Source: a virus
Lineage: Duplodnaviria > Caudoviricetes
Virus record (IMG/VR): IMGVR_UViG_3300026518_000001
Span: 1 to 61,649 of that record
Direction: 5' to 3' (one strand)
Length of the DNA: 61,649 nt
Shown here: positions 1-10,482 of the stretch, piece by piece
Numbering within the stretch: the first letter of the stretch is position 1
Layout of the letters: every line of letters starts with the position of its first letter
Notes under the pieces: model-generated
Seen by the model: the letters and a program-made list of their open reading frames with translations, nothing else
Database searches by the model: none
Told to the model about the DNA's origin: nothing
Translations under genes and position numbers: made by a program

Positions 1-127
1 TTTTAGATCCAAAGAGGAAGGAATTACCAAGCTGGTGATTCTTCTTTTGGTTTAGTTTCTTCTTTAGGTTTATCTTCAATTACTGGTTTTTTCTCAATAT
101 CAGCTTTTAATTTATCTATACATTCTT
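1..127. repeat. 127-bp terminal direct repeat, left copy (circular assembly overlap)
   Basis: Identical to 61523..61649. It cuts through the SSB-like gene, and 127 is a common assembler k-mer length. Confidence 0.95.
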
Positions 128-602
128 GATCTCCAACTTTACAAGCTTTAACAAAATCAATATTTGTATATTGACCGCTAATTCTATGTCTAATACCAAT
201 AACTAATTTCTTACCTAGAATGTCACTTAATTGTAATGCTTCAATTTGTTTATTGAATTTTTCAATATTAATTTGTTTTGGTTGAACACTCATTAAATTA
301 AGATCAGCTGCTTTAAACACTTTACCTGCTTGAACAATACCAAATGCTAAATTACCTTTTGCATTCTTACTATTTCCTGTATGTCTAAACCACCATCTTA
401 AATTAATTTTATTTCCATCTTTTGTTTCAGTTTCTAAATTGAACCAATCATTCTTTTTACCACTTGCACTATCAATACCAGTTTCTACATAACAATTATT
501 AACTCTTACTTCATATACACCTGCTTCTGGTAATTCAAACCCTTTTGGTTCTTTTTCTACTGCTTCATTTAATTCATTTTCATTTATATCTAACCAATTC
601 AT
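24..602 (-). CDS. ssDNA-binding protein (N4 gp45 position, DUF669-like)
   Basis: N-terminal 'FELPEAGVYEVRV' OB-fold-like start and acidic tail ending in W; lies downstream of the Sak4-like ATPase. Confidence 0.6.
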   Translation of the reverse strand: MNWLDINENELNEAVEKEPKGFELPEAGVYEVRVNNCYVETGIDSASGKKNDWFNLETETKDGNKINLRWWFRHTGNSKNAKGNLAFGIVQAGKVFKAADLNLMSVQPKQINIEKFNKQIEALQLSDILGKKLVIGIRHRISGQYTNIDFVKACKVGDQECIDKLKADIEKKPVIEDKPKEETKPKEESPAW

Positions 603-665
603 CTGCTCTCCTTGTGATTGTTTTATTAAATATGTGAAGGTTTTTTAATATCTGGTTCTATCCAC

Positions 666-869
666 CTACAAACCACTTAATGCTTTACTAACTTCTTCAA
701 AATTATGATCCAACGTAACAACCATAACTCTAACCTTATCATCAAATCTTTTAAAGATATATCCAAATCCATTATGAACTATATATTTGCTTATATGAGC
801 TTTATCATATTTCATATTGTTTTGGATCTTTTTAACAAACTCTTTATCTGGTATATAATCTAATATCAT
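666..869 (-). CDS. hypothetical protein
   Basis: ORF translationally coupled to the ATPase stop codon. Confidence 0.6.
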   Translation of the reverse strand: MILDYIPDKEFVKKIQNNMKYDKAHISKYIVHNGFGYIFKRFDDKVRVMVVTLDHNFEEVSKALSGL

Positions 870-1534
870 TTTAATCCATAATAATCTTTGATAGTATCAT
901 CAATTAACTTTAAATCATTTGGTATTAGTAACTTATTAAACATATCTATTGGACTCTTAGCTACATCATCATCAGTTCTTTTATTAGTTAAGAACCAATA
1001 ACCATCATCATTCTTTAATGATTGTAGAACTATTGTCATCATTGCTGGAATATCAACTTTCTCACTTATTAACTTACCAATAGTTCTAAAAGTTAATCTT
1101 CCAAATTGACTTTCATCTAAATGATTAATCATATAAACTCTACAATCTTCACTAGTTTCTTCAGCTGCTTTTAATACATCATAATATTGTTTAGCTAATT
1201 CTTCAAATCTAGTAAATCCTTTCTCTTGGATCGTATCCATAAACTTTTTAACCATAATAAAAGTTGAATCATCAATAATAATTCTTTTCTTACCCATTTT
1301 ATTTAAACCTTGAATAGCACCAGCTATTTGAGTTCCATTATCTAACATTAGATAATCACCTTTCTTAGTATCTTTATCAAAAGGTTTTAATTTATTTCTA
1401 AATGGTAATGGTTTAGATAAAACTCTTATAATTACAGTATCTTCATCAAATCTTAAATCATTATTTAATAATGTTCTAATACTACTTGATTTACCTGTTC
1501 CGCTAAATCCAGCTATTCCTACTAATATTCCCAT
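866..1534 (-). CDS. Sak4-like AAA ATPase / single-strand annealing protein
   Basis: Walker A GFSGTGKSS and Walker B IIIDDS; sits between primase and SSB, as N4 gp44 does. Confidence 0.8.
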   Translation of the reverse strand: MGILVGIAGFSGTGKSSSIRTLLNNDLRFDEDTVIIRVLSKPLPFRNKLKPFDKDTKKGDYLMLDNGTQIAGAIQGLNKMGKKRIIIDDSTFIMVKKFMDTIQEKGFTRFEELAKQYYDVLKAAEETSEDCRVYMINHLDESQFGRLTFRTIGKLISEKVDIPAMMTIVLQSLKNDDGYWFLTNKRTDDDVAKSPIDMFNKLLIPNDLKLIDDTIKDYYGLK

Positions 1535-1535
1535 A

Positions 1536-3602
1536 TTATTTCTCCTTTATTCTTATAAACTTTCTAATTTCACTATCTTTAAGTGGTTCACTTAACATAC
1601 TATTCATCTCATAAACAACTTCCATTGCATAACTTGCATTAGTTAAATCTCTAACAAAAGATCCGAGTCTAAACAAGTTATTAACTCTATTACCTTGATA
1701 AGTACTATTTACAAACCATTTCTTTATTCCATAGATTCTCCTTTCAATTTGATCCATATCATTTGGCTCCAAATCTTCTAATGAAGCTTTTTGTTTCTCA
1801 ATAAGTTCATTTACTTTTGTTTCTGGTAGAAATGGTATTGGATCAAATAATTCAACTTTATTAATATATATTTCAGCTTCTTTATTTGTAAACCATAATC
1901 TACTTATATCTTTTGCATTATGATCATATATTTGTAAATTAATAGCATTAGCTATATTGTCATATAATTCAATAAATCTATCACTATCAATAGTTACAAC
2001 ATACTTAAAAGGAATAATAACTCTGAATCTATCAGCAATTACTCCTCCTTTATCTTTCTGATGACTTTTAGTTGTATAGATTAAATAAGTATATGGTTTA
2101 AGATATTCGATAGTATCTTCTAATGAACCACCTTCATCAATATCTAATGCAATACAATTGATATTTGGTAATACATTATCTTTCTTTCTCTTACCATCTT
2201 TAAAATGAGCTAATACAAAATTACTTATATCACTATGGATAAGTTTCTCTATTGATTTAGTAGATCCAAACATTGGTACTTCCATTGAATTATATTGAGT
2301 ACTCTTTTCTCTTTTGTCAGGATTTGGAATACTTAATATAATCTTATTTGGATCACTATTATCTAATGATTTAATTTCAAAGAACTTAATCTTTGAACCT
2401 TTTGTTATTAACCTTTCATTATTTCTATAACAATATTCTTCAACTAAAAACATATCTTCTGAAAATGTACTTCTATTAAATACATCTTTTTCTAATATCT
2501 CAGATTTATTTGTTTTACCAAGTTGTTTAATAATGCTATAAATTCTTTTATGTTGAGGTTCAACACTAAATAACTTCTCAGTTGTATTTCTACATCTTTT
2601 ATAGAAGTTATATGAATATTCAATATCATCATAACTAATTATATTTCTACCTAAACTAATAGCATTTAATGCTGCTAATTTAACTATCTTAGATAATGAT
2701 CCAAGTTCTGCTGAATATCTTTCATCATATTTATTACCATTAGCAAAGTCTATTAGTTCTTGTTGGATCAAATGAATATATTCATTAGCTGTTTCATCAC
2801 AAGTAATTGCTTTATAATTGCCTTTAAACGAATCTTTTATATTATTTGATATAAAGTTATTAACATTAATAAATCTATCAGTATGAGATTCTATTGGACT
2901 ATTAATCACTATATCACTTGGTTCTGAATAAAAGATAAACGATCTTCTATAAATACCACTTGATAAAGCTTTATTAAAGAACTCAAAGTTTTTCATACTT
3001 CTTTTTAATCCAACAGATGATCCAAGCAATAACATATTAGAAACAATACCTTTTATATTTTCATTAATAGATGATTTAATCATCTTACCTAATAATTCTC
3101 CATCATATAATTGTTTCATTTGTTCTAAATTTGAATCTCTGATAATATCCATTATTTCATCGTGAGTAATATTCAATGATCCAACGAATGAATTAGATAA
3201 AGCTAATGCTCTAAGATAAATACCTTCACTAGTTCCATGAATACTATTCATAAATGATGGTAAATAACTTTTTAAATCTACTTCATTACCATCAATCATT
3301 ATCCTATCTTCCTCAATAATTCCTGTTCCTTTTTTATATCCACTTTGTAAAGCATTATTCCACTTCTTTGGATCTTCTAAATATTCTTTATACATTATAG
3401 ATGCTATTGCTGATTTACCACTACCACTTGGTAATAAAGCGATACCAAAGAAATTAATCTTTTCCTTCTTATTTAGATAATGAACTTCTGGTTGTATAAC
3501 ACCTAATATAGATGAAGTATAGAACCAAAATTCCATTTCAACAAGTTCCGTTGGAGATTTAAATTGTAGTTTTTGATGAATATAATTATATAAGTGCTTC
3601 AT
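1536..3602 (-). CDS. primase-helicase fusion (N-terminal DUF3987-like P-loop domain, C-terminal AEP primase + PriCT), N4 gp43-like
   Basis: PSGSGKS Walker A and HDE Walker B; AEP motifs IALDIDEG, YTTKSH and RFRVIIP; GNRVNNLF PriCT-like end. The ATG at 3602 with an AAGGAAG RBS is preferred over the GTG at 3644. Confidence 0.8.
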   Translation of the reverse strand: MKHLYNYIHQKLQFKSPTELVEMEFWFYTSSILGVIQPEVHYLNKKEKINFFGIALLPSGSGKSAIASIMYKEYLEDPKKWNNALQSGYKKGTGIIEEDRIMIDGNEVDLKSYLPSFMNSIHGTSEGIYLRALALSNSFVGSLNITHDEIMDIIRDSNLEQMKQLYDGELLGKMIKSSINENIKGIVSNMLLLGSSVGLKRSMKNFEFFNKALSSGIYRRSFIFYSEPSDIVINSPIESHTDRFINVNNFISNNIKDSFKGNYKAITCDETANEYIHLIQQELIDFANGNKYDERYSAELGSLSKIVKLAALNAISLGRNIISYDDIEYSYNFYKRCRNTTEKLFSVEPQHKRIYSIIKQLGKTNKSEILEKDVFNRSTFSEDMFLVEEYCYRNNERLITKGSKIKFFEIKSLDNSDPNKIILSIPNPDKREKSTQYNSMEVPMFGSTKSIEKLIHSDISNFVLAHFKDGKRKKDNVLPNINCIALDIDEGGSLEDTIEYLKPYTYLIYTTKSHQKDKGGVIADRFRVIIPFKYVVTIDSDRFIELYDNIANAINLQIYDHNAKDISRLWFTNKEAEIYINKVELFDPIPFLPETKVNELIEKQKASLEDLEPNDMDQIERRIYGIKKWFVNSTYQGNRVNNLFRLGSFVRDLTNASYAMEVVYEMNSMLSEPLKDSEIRKFIRIKEK

Positions 3603-3655
3603 AGTTCTTCCTTTTTTATATATAAAATAATACTCTATAAGCACTTAGAGAGTGC

Positions 3656-4201
3656 TTAATCTTTATCTATTTTTATATTTTCAAATGTTGTATCATCATT
3701 TACTTCCATATATATTGAATCTGAACTATCAATTATTTGATCTTCATAAACTTTTTCATCTTCTTTGTATATTGGAATTTCTTTATATACAACTTCGTTA
3801 TATCTTACATCTAAAATAATATATTTTTTAGTATTTGTTGGTTTTAATATTTCTAATTCTAATGCTTTATTTAATACTTTTTCAATAGAATATGCATTTA
3901 ACCATAATTCCCAACAAATCCAAACAATGTTATTTAATGATTTAACTATTTCAAATTTTATTTCATCACCATATACTTGTTGGATCATTTCCATACAATC
4001 TTCATAATATTTACTACCAATTACATTTGTTTCAATATAATAAATTAATCCACTTACTGCACCACTAACTGGACTAGCATCCTTTTCTAAATAATTCTTA
4101 GCTTCTTCATATGTTAATCCATCAATATTATATAATGCTATATCAATAAATACATCATCTAAATCATTTACATATTTCAATACTTTTGTTTTATAACTCA
4201 T
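3656..4201 (-). CDS. acidic phage protein with an SGxxSGLIYY motif
   Basis: Good RBS; the motif SGAVSGLIYY is of a kind seen in uncharacterised phage proteins. Confidence 0.55.
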   Translation of the reverse strand: MSYKTKVLKYVNDLDDVFIDIALYNIDGLTYEEAKNYLEKDASPVSGAVSGLIYYIETNVIGSKYYEDCMEMIQQVYGDEIKFEIVKSLNNIVWICWELWLNAYSIEKVLNKALELEILKPTNTKKYIILDVRYNEVVYKEIPIYKEDEKVYEDQIIDSSDSIYMEVNDDTTFENIKIDKD

Positions 4202-4213
4202 TTCTATTCTCCT

Positions 4214-5746
4214 TTAAAATGGTATTTCTTCTTGTTCTTCTAACTCATTTGCTAACCAAGGATATTTCTCTAATGTAGCTTCATAGAACCAACTAGGGAA
4301 ATATTTAACTCCATATAATTTCTTCTTTGGATCTCTAAGAATATTATTTATTCTTGTTTTTAATGCTTTTACATATGATCTCCTTTTATTTATTAAAATA
4401 AATCTATCTTCATATTCTAAACAATCACTAACAATTTCATCTAATCTATCTTGTTTATAGACCCAACCTCTAATAGCTTTATGAGCTTTAAATGTAATAT
4501 CTAATAATTCTTCTATATCATTAGTTAATTCAAATTCATATTTAAGTTCATTTAATAATCCACCTTTCTTAAATTCTTCAAGATATATCTCTATTTTCTT
4601 TGGATCCAAATCAACTAATTCATCATCAGTTTTACTAAAATAAAACTCTTCATCATTTTTCTTTTTATCTTCATATAATTGTTTATCTATTTCATCTTTA
4701 AATCCAGTGAAATGTTTTCTTGGATCTTCTAATCTAAATATATTATCAGTAAAATCATATAGGTATTTATCTTTGTTTTCTGGATGTTTTCTTACTAACC
4801 TTCCAGCTATTTGAAAATATAAATTATATGATTCAGTTGGTCTAAGATTAATTAATACTTCTGTATTACTTGCATCGAATCCAATATTGATTTTGGAAAT
4901 TGATACAAGACAATTTAAGCTATTATTTTTAAAGTTAGCTATATTTGTATCATTTTCCTTAGAACTTCTCTTAGAATGGATTACAGAAGCATTAATCTTT
5001 ATATCTTTTAACCATAATCCAACAAGTTCTGCATGATCTATATTAGAACATACAATTAGTGTTTGTTTAGATCCAACATTTTCCAAATAGAATTGTTTAA
5101 AATACTTTTCAAACTCTTTTGTATCATATAGCTTCTTTATATCTCCAAGATTATAATCACCTGTAGATGATGATAAACTATTAAAATCTAATGTTTTAAT
5201 AACACTTGGAACAATTAACTTATATGGAGCCAAATAACCTTTATTAGTAAGATTTTCTATATTAGCTTCTCCAATAATATAATTCATATCAAATCTTATT
5301 CCATTGGGTCTAAAAGGAGTTCCACTAAATAATATTTCTTTAACTGGTTTAATATATTTTTTAATTTCAATATATCTATCAGCTTCAGTTCTCTTATGTC
5401 CTTCATCTGATAATAAAACTACATTATTGAAGCTCATCTCTTTGGCTCTATTGATTAAAGTCTGATCCATTGCTATATAGATATCATCTTTGCCTTTTCT
5501 TTTATCAGAAGCTTTAATAACAGTGGGATCCAAATCAATGGTTCTACAAGTATCATATAATTGATCTATTAATGCTGATATATCAGTTGATATAATTACT
5601 TCATATCCTTGATTATGATAATACTTAGCTAAATAAGCTATCATAATTGACTTTCCTGAACCAGTACAAGCTTCTACCATTAAAGATTGATTATTTGATC
5701 CAACAACCTTATCTACTATATCTTGTTGATAATCTCTTAGTTTCAT
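4214..5746 (-). CDS. superfamily 2 DExH helicase
   Basis: LRDYQ Q-motif, ACTGSGKS, DEGH, SGTP, GFD and QIAGRLVR motifs. Confidence 0.9.
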   Translation of the reverse strand: MKLRDYQQDIVDKVVGSNNQSLMVEACTGSGKSIMIAYLAKYYHNQGYEVIISTDISALIDQLYDTCRTIDLDPTVIKASDKRKGKDDIYIAMDQTLINRAKEMSFNNVVLLSDEGHKRTEADRYIEIKKYIKPVKEILFSGTPFRPNGIRFDMNYIIGEANIENLTNKGYLAPYKLIVPSVIKTLDFNSLSSSTGDYNLGDIKKLYDTKEFEKYFKQFYLENVGSKQTLIVCSNIDHAELVGLWLKDIKINASVIHSKRSSKENDTNIANFKNNSLNCLVSISKINIGFDASNTEVLINLRPTESYNLYFQIAGRLVRKHPENKDKYLYDFTDNIFRLEDPRKHFTGFKDEIDKQLYEDKKKNDEEFYFSKTDDELVDLDPKKIEIYLEEFKKGGLLNELKYEFELTNDIEELLDITFKAHKAIRGWVYKQDRLDEIVSDCLEYEDRFILINKRRSYVKALKTRINNILRDPKKKLYGVKYFPSWFYEATLEKYPWLANELEEQEEIPF

Positions 5747-5775
5747 TTGATCTTGTTCCTCCTTTTAATTTTGTT

Positions 5776-6582
5776 TTAGTCATCTTTAAATTTCTTTTCC
5801 ATTAAAGCTTTAATTGTTTTATTCATTTCAGCTAATTGAGCTAAATCTAAATTTTTACTTCTTACTAAATTAATACATTCTTTTACATCATCATCTTTTG
5901 GTTTATAATCAATTATTTCTTTTTCTTTCTTTTTCTTTCTACTAATATAATCCATTATTGAAGATAAATTTGTATAATACTTTCCATTGTCAAGTTTAAC
6001 TTTTCCATTGTTTAATAATGTATCTAATTTATTTATTCCAAGTTCTTTAGCAATAGTTTCTGCTTTTGATATATATGTTCTATCTGTTCCATATTTAATT
6101 GCATATGATTGTTTGGTTCCACCATTTTCAATATAATCGAAATATGCTTGTATAGCTTTTTGACTTTTTGTCAAATTTCTTCTTGCATTTTTACTCATCA
6201 CTATTTCCTTTATCTCACTTAATCTTGTGTTTCTTGGTATTTCTGAATATAATATATATTCACAACCAAGTTCTTTTAGAGCTTTTGTTCTATGTCTTCC
6301 ATCTACTATTAACCCACGATATAAAAGTATAGGTTCTTGTTGTCCAGTTTGTAATATTGAATATTTCAATTGTTCAAATTCTTGATTATCCATCAATGGA
6401 TTTATTTTTGATATTTCATGTTCTCCTTTAACTACATTATGGATTAATCCAAACTTTATTGATTTATCTACTGTTGATGCTTCAATATACTCTAATGATT
6501 CATTTATATCCATTCCGTTCTTTCGTAACTCTTTCAGTTGTTGTAATTGTTTTGCTTTCATTTGCTTTTCTGTTAATAACAT
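5776..6582 (-). CDS. ParB/Srx N-terminal domain protein with HTH
   Basis: LKYSILQTGQQEPI..IVDGRHR ParB box, NARRNLT, and an HTH-like segment YAIKYGTDRTYISKA. Confidence 0.8.
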   Translation of the reverse strand: MLLTEKQMKAKQLQQLKELRKNGMDINESLEYIEASTVDKSIKFGLIHNVVKGEHEISKINPLMDNQEFEQLKYSILQTGQQEPILLYRGLIVDGRHRTKALKELGCEYILYSEIPRNTRLSEIKEIVMSKNARRNLTKSQKAIQAYFDYIENGGTKQSYAIKYGTDRTYISKAETIAKELGINKLDTLLNNGKVKLDNGKYYTNLSSIMDYISRKKKKEKEIIDYKPKDDDVKECINLVRSKNLDLAQLAEMNKTIKALMEKKFKDD

Positions 6583-6625
6583 TAATGTCCTTTATTTTGG
6601 TATTTGTAAAAGATATGCGGTCAGT

Positions 6626-6655
6626 ATTATATCACCATTTATGTTAAGAAGTCAA
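6626..6655 (-). promoter_or_regulatory. host sigma70-type promoter for the ParB-like gene
   Basis: Minus strand reads TTGACT-N18-TATAAT with an extended -10 (TGA TATAAT). Confidence 0.65.
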
Positions 6656-6934
6656 GATTTTAAGGATTTTACTATGTTATTCCCATAAATAAGGAAGTTT
6701 TAAGAGCCAAAAATGGAAAATCGTGAGATATTATCACGCTTATCTATCACTATTATTTATTAAATATAAATGTACGGAAAATGTGCTAATATATATAGGA
6801 ACAAATGTCGCACGATTTATCTTTAATAAATAAATAAAAAATATTAATTTGTAATAGATTATTTTTTAAGTTATATCCAAATAGATAGATAGTAATAATT
6901 TACTTATCTACTTTTGATCCAAATAATAGATATA

Positions 6935-7171
6935 TTATTTTAATTCATAAATAATTAAATATTTTACTTCTCCTAATTCTTTTAAATCATCATAATTAAT
7001 TATTTCTCCTAAGTAATTATTAATATCTTCATCTGTACAATTTTCTAAATTAATCATATATACACTATCTTTACAAAATGTATGTAACTCTTCTAATCCA
7101 TCTAATTTATATAAATTATCTTCATCTTCTTTTGATAATTCTTTATATAACACATATGCTTTCTCTAACAT
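6935..7171 (-). CDS. hypothetical acidic protein
   Basis: ORF with AAGGAG RBS. Confidence 0.65.
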   Translation of the reverse strand: MLEKAYVLYKELSKEDEDNLYKLDGLEELHTFCKDSVYMINLENCTDEDINNYLGEIINYDDLKELGEVKYLIIYELK

Positions 7172-7189
7172 ATCATCTCCTTTGTTTTT

Positions 7190-7471
7190 TTACTCAACCA
7201 TAAACTTCATATGTTGTTGTTTCTGTTGGATCTCACAAGATATAACTAAATTTCTTTCATCATCTTCATAATAAAATGAATTTGATCCAACAGTTAGATA
7301 ATCATTGTAATCTTCATATTCAGCTTTTAATTCTTTTCTATATTCTGCTAACTTATTTGATCGTTCATTTAATTCATTTCTTGCTTCTTCTTCATTAAAA
7401 AAGAAATCAATATATACTTTACTATCTAGTACTGCTTCAGTAAATATTCTATTTTCTACTAACATATACAT
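7190..7471 (-). CDS. hypothetical protein
   Basis: ORF with AAGGA RBS. Confidence 0.65.
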   Translation of the reverse strand: MYMLVENRIFTEAVLDSKVYIDFFFNEEEARNELNERSNKLAEYRKELKAEYEDYNDYLTVGSNSFYYEDDERNLVISCEIQQKQQHMKFMVE

Positions 7472-7571
7472 TTAATTATCCTTATATTTAATTGATACTT
7501 TTGATTTGAGAGACTTTTACAATAAATAAGTATATTTTATTGTATTAGTAGTAAAAAGCTCTTAGAGAGCT

Positions 7572-7802
7572 TTATAGATAAAATATAACATAGTTATATT
7601 CATTAAGTTTATTTAAACTAATTCCTTTTAAATATTCATTAGCTAACCATTCTTTATCTTCATTATTTAATTCACATAAATCAACTCTATATTCAACTTC
7701 ATTAGATTTACTTTCTATCCATTTTTGGATCCAAATTTGTCTTTGTTTAAATTGATCTAAATCTATTCCTTTATCATAAATGAATAATGCATTTAAAAAC
7801 AT
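7572..7802 (-). CDS. hypothetical protein
   Basis: ORF with AGGAG RBS; its C-terminus (YNYVIFYL) loosely resembles that of 6935..7171. Confidence 0.65.
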   Translation of the reverse strand: MFLNALFIYDKGIDLDQFKQRQIWIQKWIESKSNEVEYRVDLCELNNEDKEWLANEYLKGISLNKLNEYNYVIFYL

Positions 7803-7817
7803 TATTTTCTCCTTTAA

Positions 7818-8030
7818 TCAATCATAACAGTCTTCAGAATATCCTTCTCTATAACCATCATTATATCCTTCTTGATATCCCTCTTGGTATGCTTCATCTC
7901 TTTCATTAACTAAATCATCATCTGTGTATAATTTTAATTCTTTTAAAATTGTTTTGAATTCTTCATTCTCATCATATAAATATTTTTTTAGTAAATTTTT
8001 TAATTCTGTTATTGAATTTTCGTTTTTCAT
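7818..8030 (-). CDS. hypothetical protein with xGY repeats
   Basis: YQEGYQEGYNDGYREGY repeat. Confidence 0.6.
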   Translation of the reverse strand: MKNENSITELKNLLKKYLYDENEEFKTILKELKLYTDDDLVNERDEAYQEGYQEGYNDGYREGYSEDCYD

Positions 8031-8040
8031 TTTTTCTCAT

Positions 8041-8700
8041 TTAACATTTATTATCACTATTTCTTGGATCCAACTTCTTAGCAAAACCTTTAAAAGTTAA
8101 ATCTCCATCAATATATGATTGATAATATTCTTTTAAATCAGATGGATATATATTTTTAAATATTATAGATATATTATTATAAATTGCTAATCTAATAGCT
8201 AATAATTCAATTTTACAATCATTTATTTCTATATCTTCAATACAATAAATTATATAATCAACACCGTAATAATCTATATCTTCTCCATCACACCAACCAT
8301 CTATTCTTAAATGTAATTTATTAGAATAAATTTTATTTTTATCTAATTCATAATCATTTACATTATCTAATATTTCTTTTACTTCATCAAAAGATATAAA
8401 ATTATCAAGTTCAAATACCTTTTCAAAACCATTAGTTTTATGTAGTTTTGTAATTTCTTTCTCTTTATATATTTTTCTTAAATCATTAACATTTTTACCA
8501 TTATATTTACTTAATCTTTTTCTATCTTTTTCTATTTCTTTATATATATTTTTTTTATATTTGACTACTTCTTTTTTAAGTTCATTTGGTTCTATTTCTT
8601 TAAACTCTATATCTTTCTCATTAATATATCCGTCTTTTTCTTCTATATTTGTATATAGACTATAAAATATATCTTCAACTAAAACTCCTTTATAAAACAT
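8041..8700 (-). CDS. hypothetical protein
   Basis: 219-aa ORF coupled to the upstream stop codon. Confidence 0.7.
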   Translation of the reverse strand: MFYKGVLVEDIFYSLYTNIEEKDGYINEKDIEFKEIEPNELKKEVVKYKKNIYKEIEKDRKRLSKYNGKNVNDLRKIYKEKEITKLHKTNGFEKVFELDNFISFDEVKEILDNVNDYELDKNKIYSNKLHLRIDGWCDGEDIDYYGVDYIIYCIEDIEINDCKIELLAIRLAIYNNISIIFKNIYPSDLKEYYQSYIDGDLTFKGFAKKLDPRNSDNKC

Positions 8701-8987
8701 TATTTTCTCCTTTTAAATTGACTTAGTTCTTTAAGTAACAATTCATTATGCTCAATAGCTTTATAAATGTCATTAAGCCAATATTCATACTCAAGATATG
8801 TATCACTATCACTTGATTGAGATTGTTGCTCTAATAAGCTCTTAGACATCTTCTTAGCTAATTTAACTTTTTCTCTTAATATATCTTCATACTTCATATC
8901 TATAAATCTTGTTGGATCAACTCCATATAAATATTCAGTTGATGCTATATCTACTCTAATCTTTGGATCTATATGATCTACACTCAT
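8700..8987 (-). CDS. hypothetical protein
   Basis: ORF in operon with RBS. Confidence 0.65.
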   Translation of the reverse strand: MSVDHIDPKIRVDIASTEYLYGVDPTRFIDMKYEDILREKVKLAKKMSKSLLEQQSQSSDSDTYLEYEYWLNDIYKAIEHNELLLKELSQFKRRK

Positions 8988-8988
8988 C

Positions 8989-9234
8989 TTATTTTCCTTT
9001 TCTTTTTAAATATCTAATAGCTTCTTTATAACTTAAAAATAAGTACTTATCTTCTTTATCATAACTCCAAGTAATACGATTATCAGTATGTAGTATTAAA
9101 TATTTAGTATCAGTACATATATATTTTTCAGTTTTAATATTCCAATCATATCCATTTTTATAAGCATATTTTTGTAATTTTTTACTTTGTTTTTTATTTT
9201 TAATTTTAATAATTACATCACAATCAAATTTCAT
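8989..9234 (-). CDS. hypothetical protein
   Basis: ORF in operon with RBS. Confidence 0.65.
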   Translation of the reverse strand: MKFDCDVIIKIKNKKQSKKLQKYAYKNGYDWNIKTEKYICTDTKYLILHTDNRITWSYDKEDKYLFLSYKEAIRYLKRKGK

Positions 9235-9550
9235 CTTATCTCCTTTAATTCAGCTTCATCAAAATCATATTCTTGTTCATCACTAAAACTATCTTCATAT
9301 GTTGGATAACATTCAAGATAACAATCTGGTTCTACACTAGAACCAAATCCTTGTTTTAAAAAACATTCAGCATCTTTTTTATTTTTAAATAGAAACTTAG
9401 TACATCCATAACTATCAACTCTCATATAATTAGGTACAACAACTTTATATTTATACCATCCTTTTGGATCGCTTCTATTTCATCATAAAGTTTTTCTAAT
9501 TGTTTTTTATGATATCTAACTTGTTCTTCTAATATTTTTATATTATCCAT
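9231..9550 (-). pseudogene. frameshifted gene (MDNIKILEEQ... joined to ...DPKGWYKY..MRVDSYG)
   Basis: The 64-aa ORF has no RBS and its frame stays open upstream to about 9477. One extra base there would join it to the ATG at 9550. Confidence 0.5.
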
Positions 9551-9608
9551 TTAATACTACTTCTACTTTATATTTTAAATCAATTAAACCTCTCTCATAT
9601 TGGTTCTT

Positions 9609-9914
9609 TTAAGCAGTTACTTTATTAAGATCAATAACTAATGAATCAATTAAATCGACTAGTTCATCTTTATCCATATATTGAGATATTAATTCTTTAA
9701 TATTATAAGTTATAGTTTCAACATCTTCATTATAATATTCATTATACTCTTCATCATATCTTATTGGAATTTCAATAGATATTTTTACTTGATCATCTCC
9801 ATTATATATCCAATCGTTAATCATTTCTATAATATTTTCATTTATGAATTTATCTACATCATAATTACCATCAATTGCGTCTTTTTTGTCTATTAAATAA
9901 CTATATGTTGCCAT
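9609..9914 (-). CDS. hypothetical acidic protein
   Basis: AAGGAG RBS; the frame stays open for 21 more codons past the TAA. Confidence 0.65.
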   Translation of the reverse strand: MATYSYLIDKKDAIDGNYDVDKFINENIIEMINDWIYNGDDQVKISIEIPIRYDEEYNEYYNEDVETITYNIKELISQYMDKDELVDLIDSLVIDLNKVTA

Positions 9915-9961
9915 ATCATTCTCCTTTAATTATATTTGTTTTTGATAATTAATCTTTTTTT

Positions 9962-10153
9962 TTAATCTTTCCAAAAATAACCTCTGTATTTTTCATTTTT
10001 TTTAATCGCACTAACAAGGTTACTATATGCTATACCAAGCGTATAAGCCACTTCTTTTGCACTTATCCATTCTTTTACTACTTCACCTGTGTTTAGGTCT
10101 ATTTGAGCAATAGGCCATCTTCTTACAGAATTATAATTTCTATTAACCATCAA
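9962..10153 (-). pseudogene. NUMOD1 DNA-binding domain fragment (homing endonuclease remnant)
   Basis: IAQIDLNTGEVVKEWISAKE..GYFWK resembles the C-terminus of 59857..60567; no nuclease domain and no clear RBS. Confidence 0.55.
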
Positions 10154-10205
10154 TTTTTCACATATTCTTTTCCACTTATTTTAATACTTCTTCCTTTTTG
10201 TTTAA

Positions 10206-10481
10206 TTATTTTAATTGCTCAATTTCTTCTATTTCTATACTTACAATATCATCCCAATCAAATCTATTGGAACCATTGTAGAAATCAAACTCAATATAGC
10301 TATTCATAGCTTGTAATTTCTTTTCTTGATATGTATTTAGTTTAATATTTTCATCTTCTATTATTTCTATTAACTTTTCTTTTAACAAGTTAATATCATA
10401 AGACACATATTTTGGTTCCAAAATTTGAATTAATTCTCCATCCGAATCAAAACTTGCTTTATAAATATTTAAAATATACAC
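10206..10481 (-). CDS. hypothetical protein
   Basis: GTG start with GGAG RBS. Confidence 0.6.
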   Translation of the reverse strand: MYILNIYKASFDSDGELIQILEPKYVSYDINLLKEKLIEIIEDENIKLNTYQEKKLQAMNSYIEFDFYNGSNRFDWDDIVSIEIEEIEQLK

Positions 10482-10482
10482 C

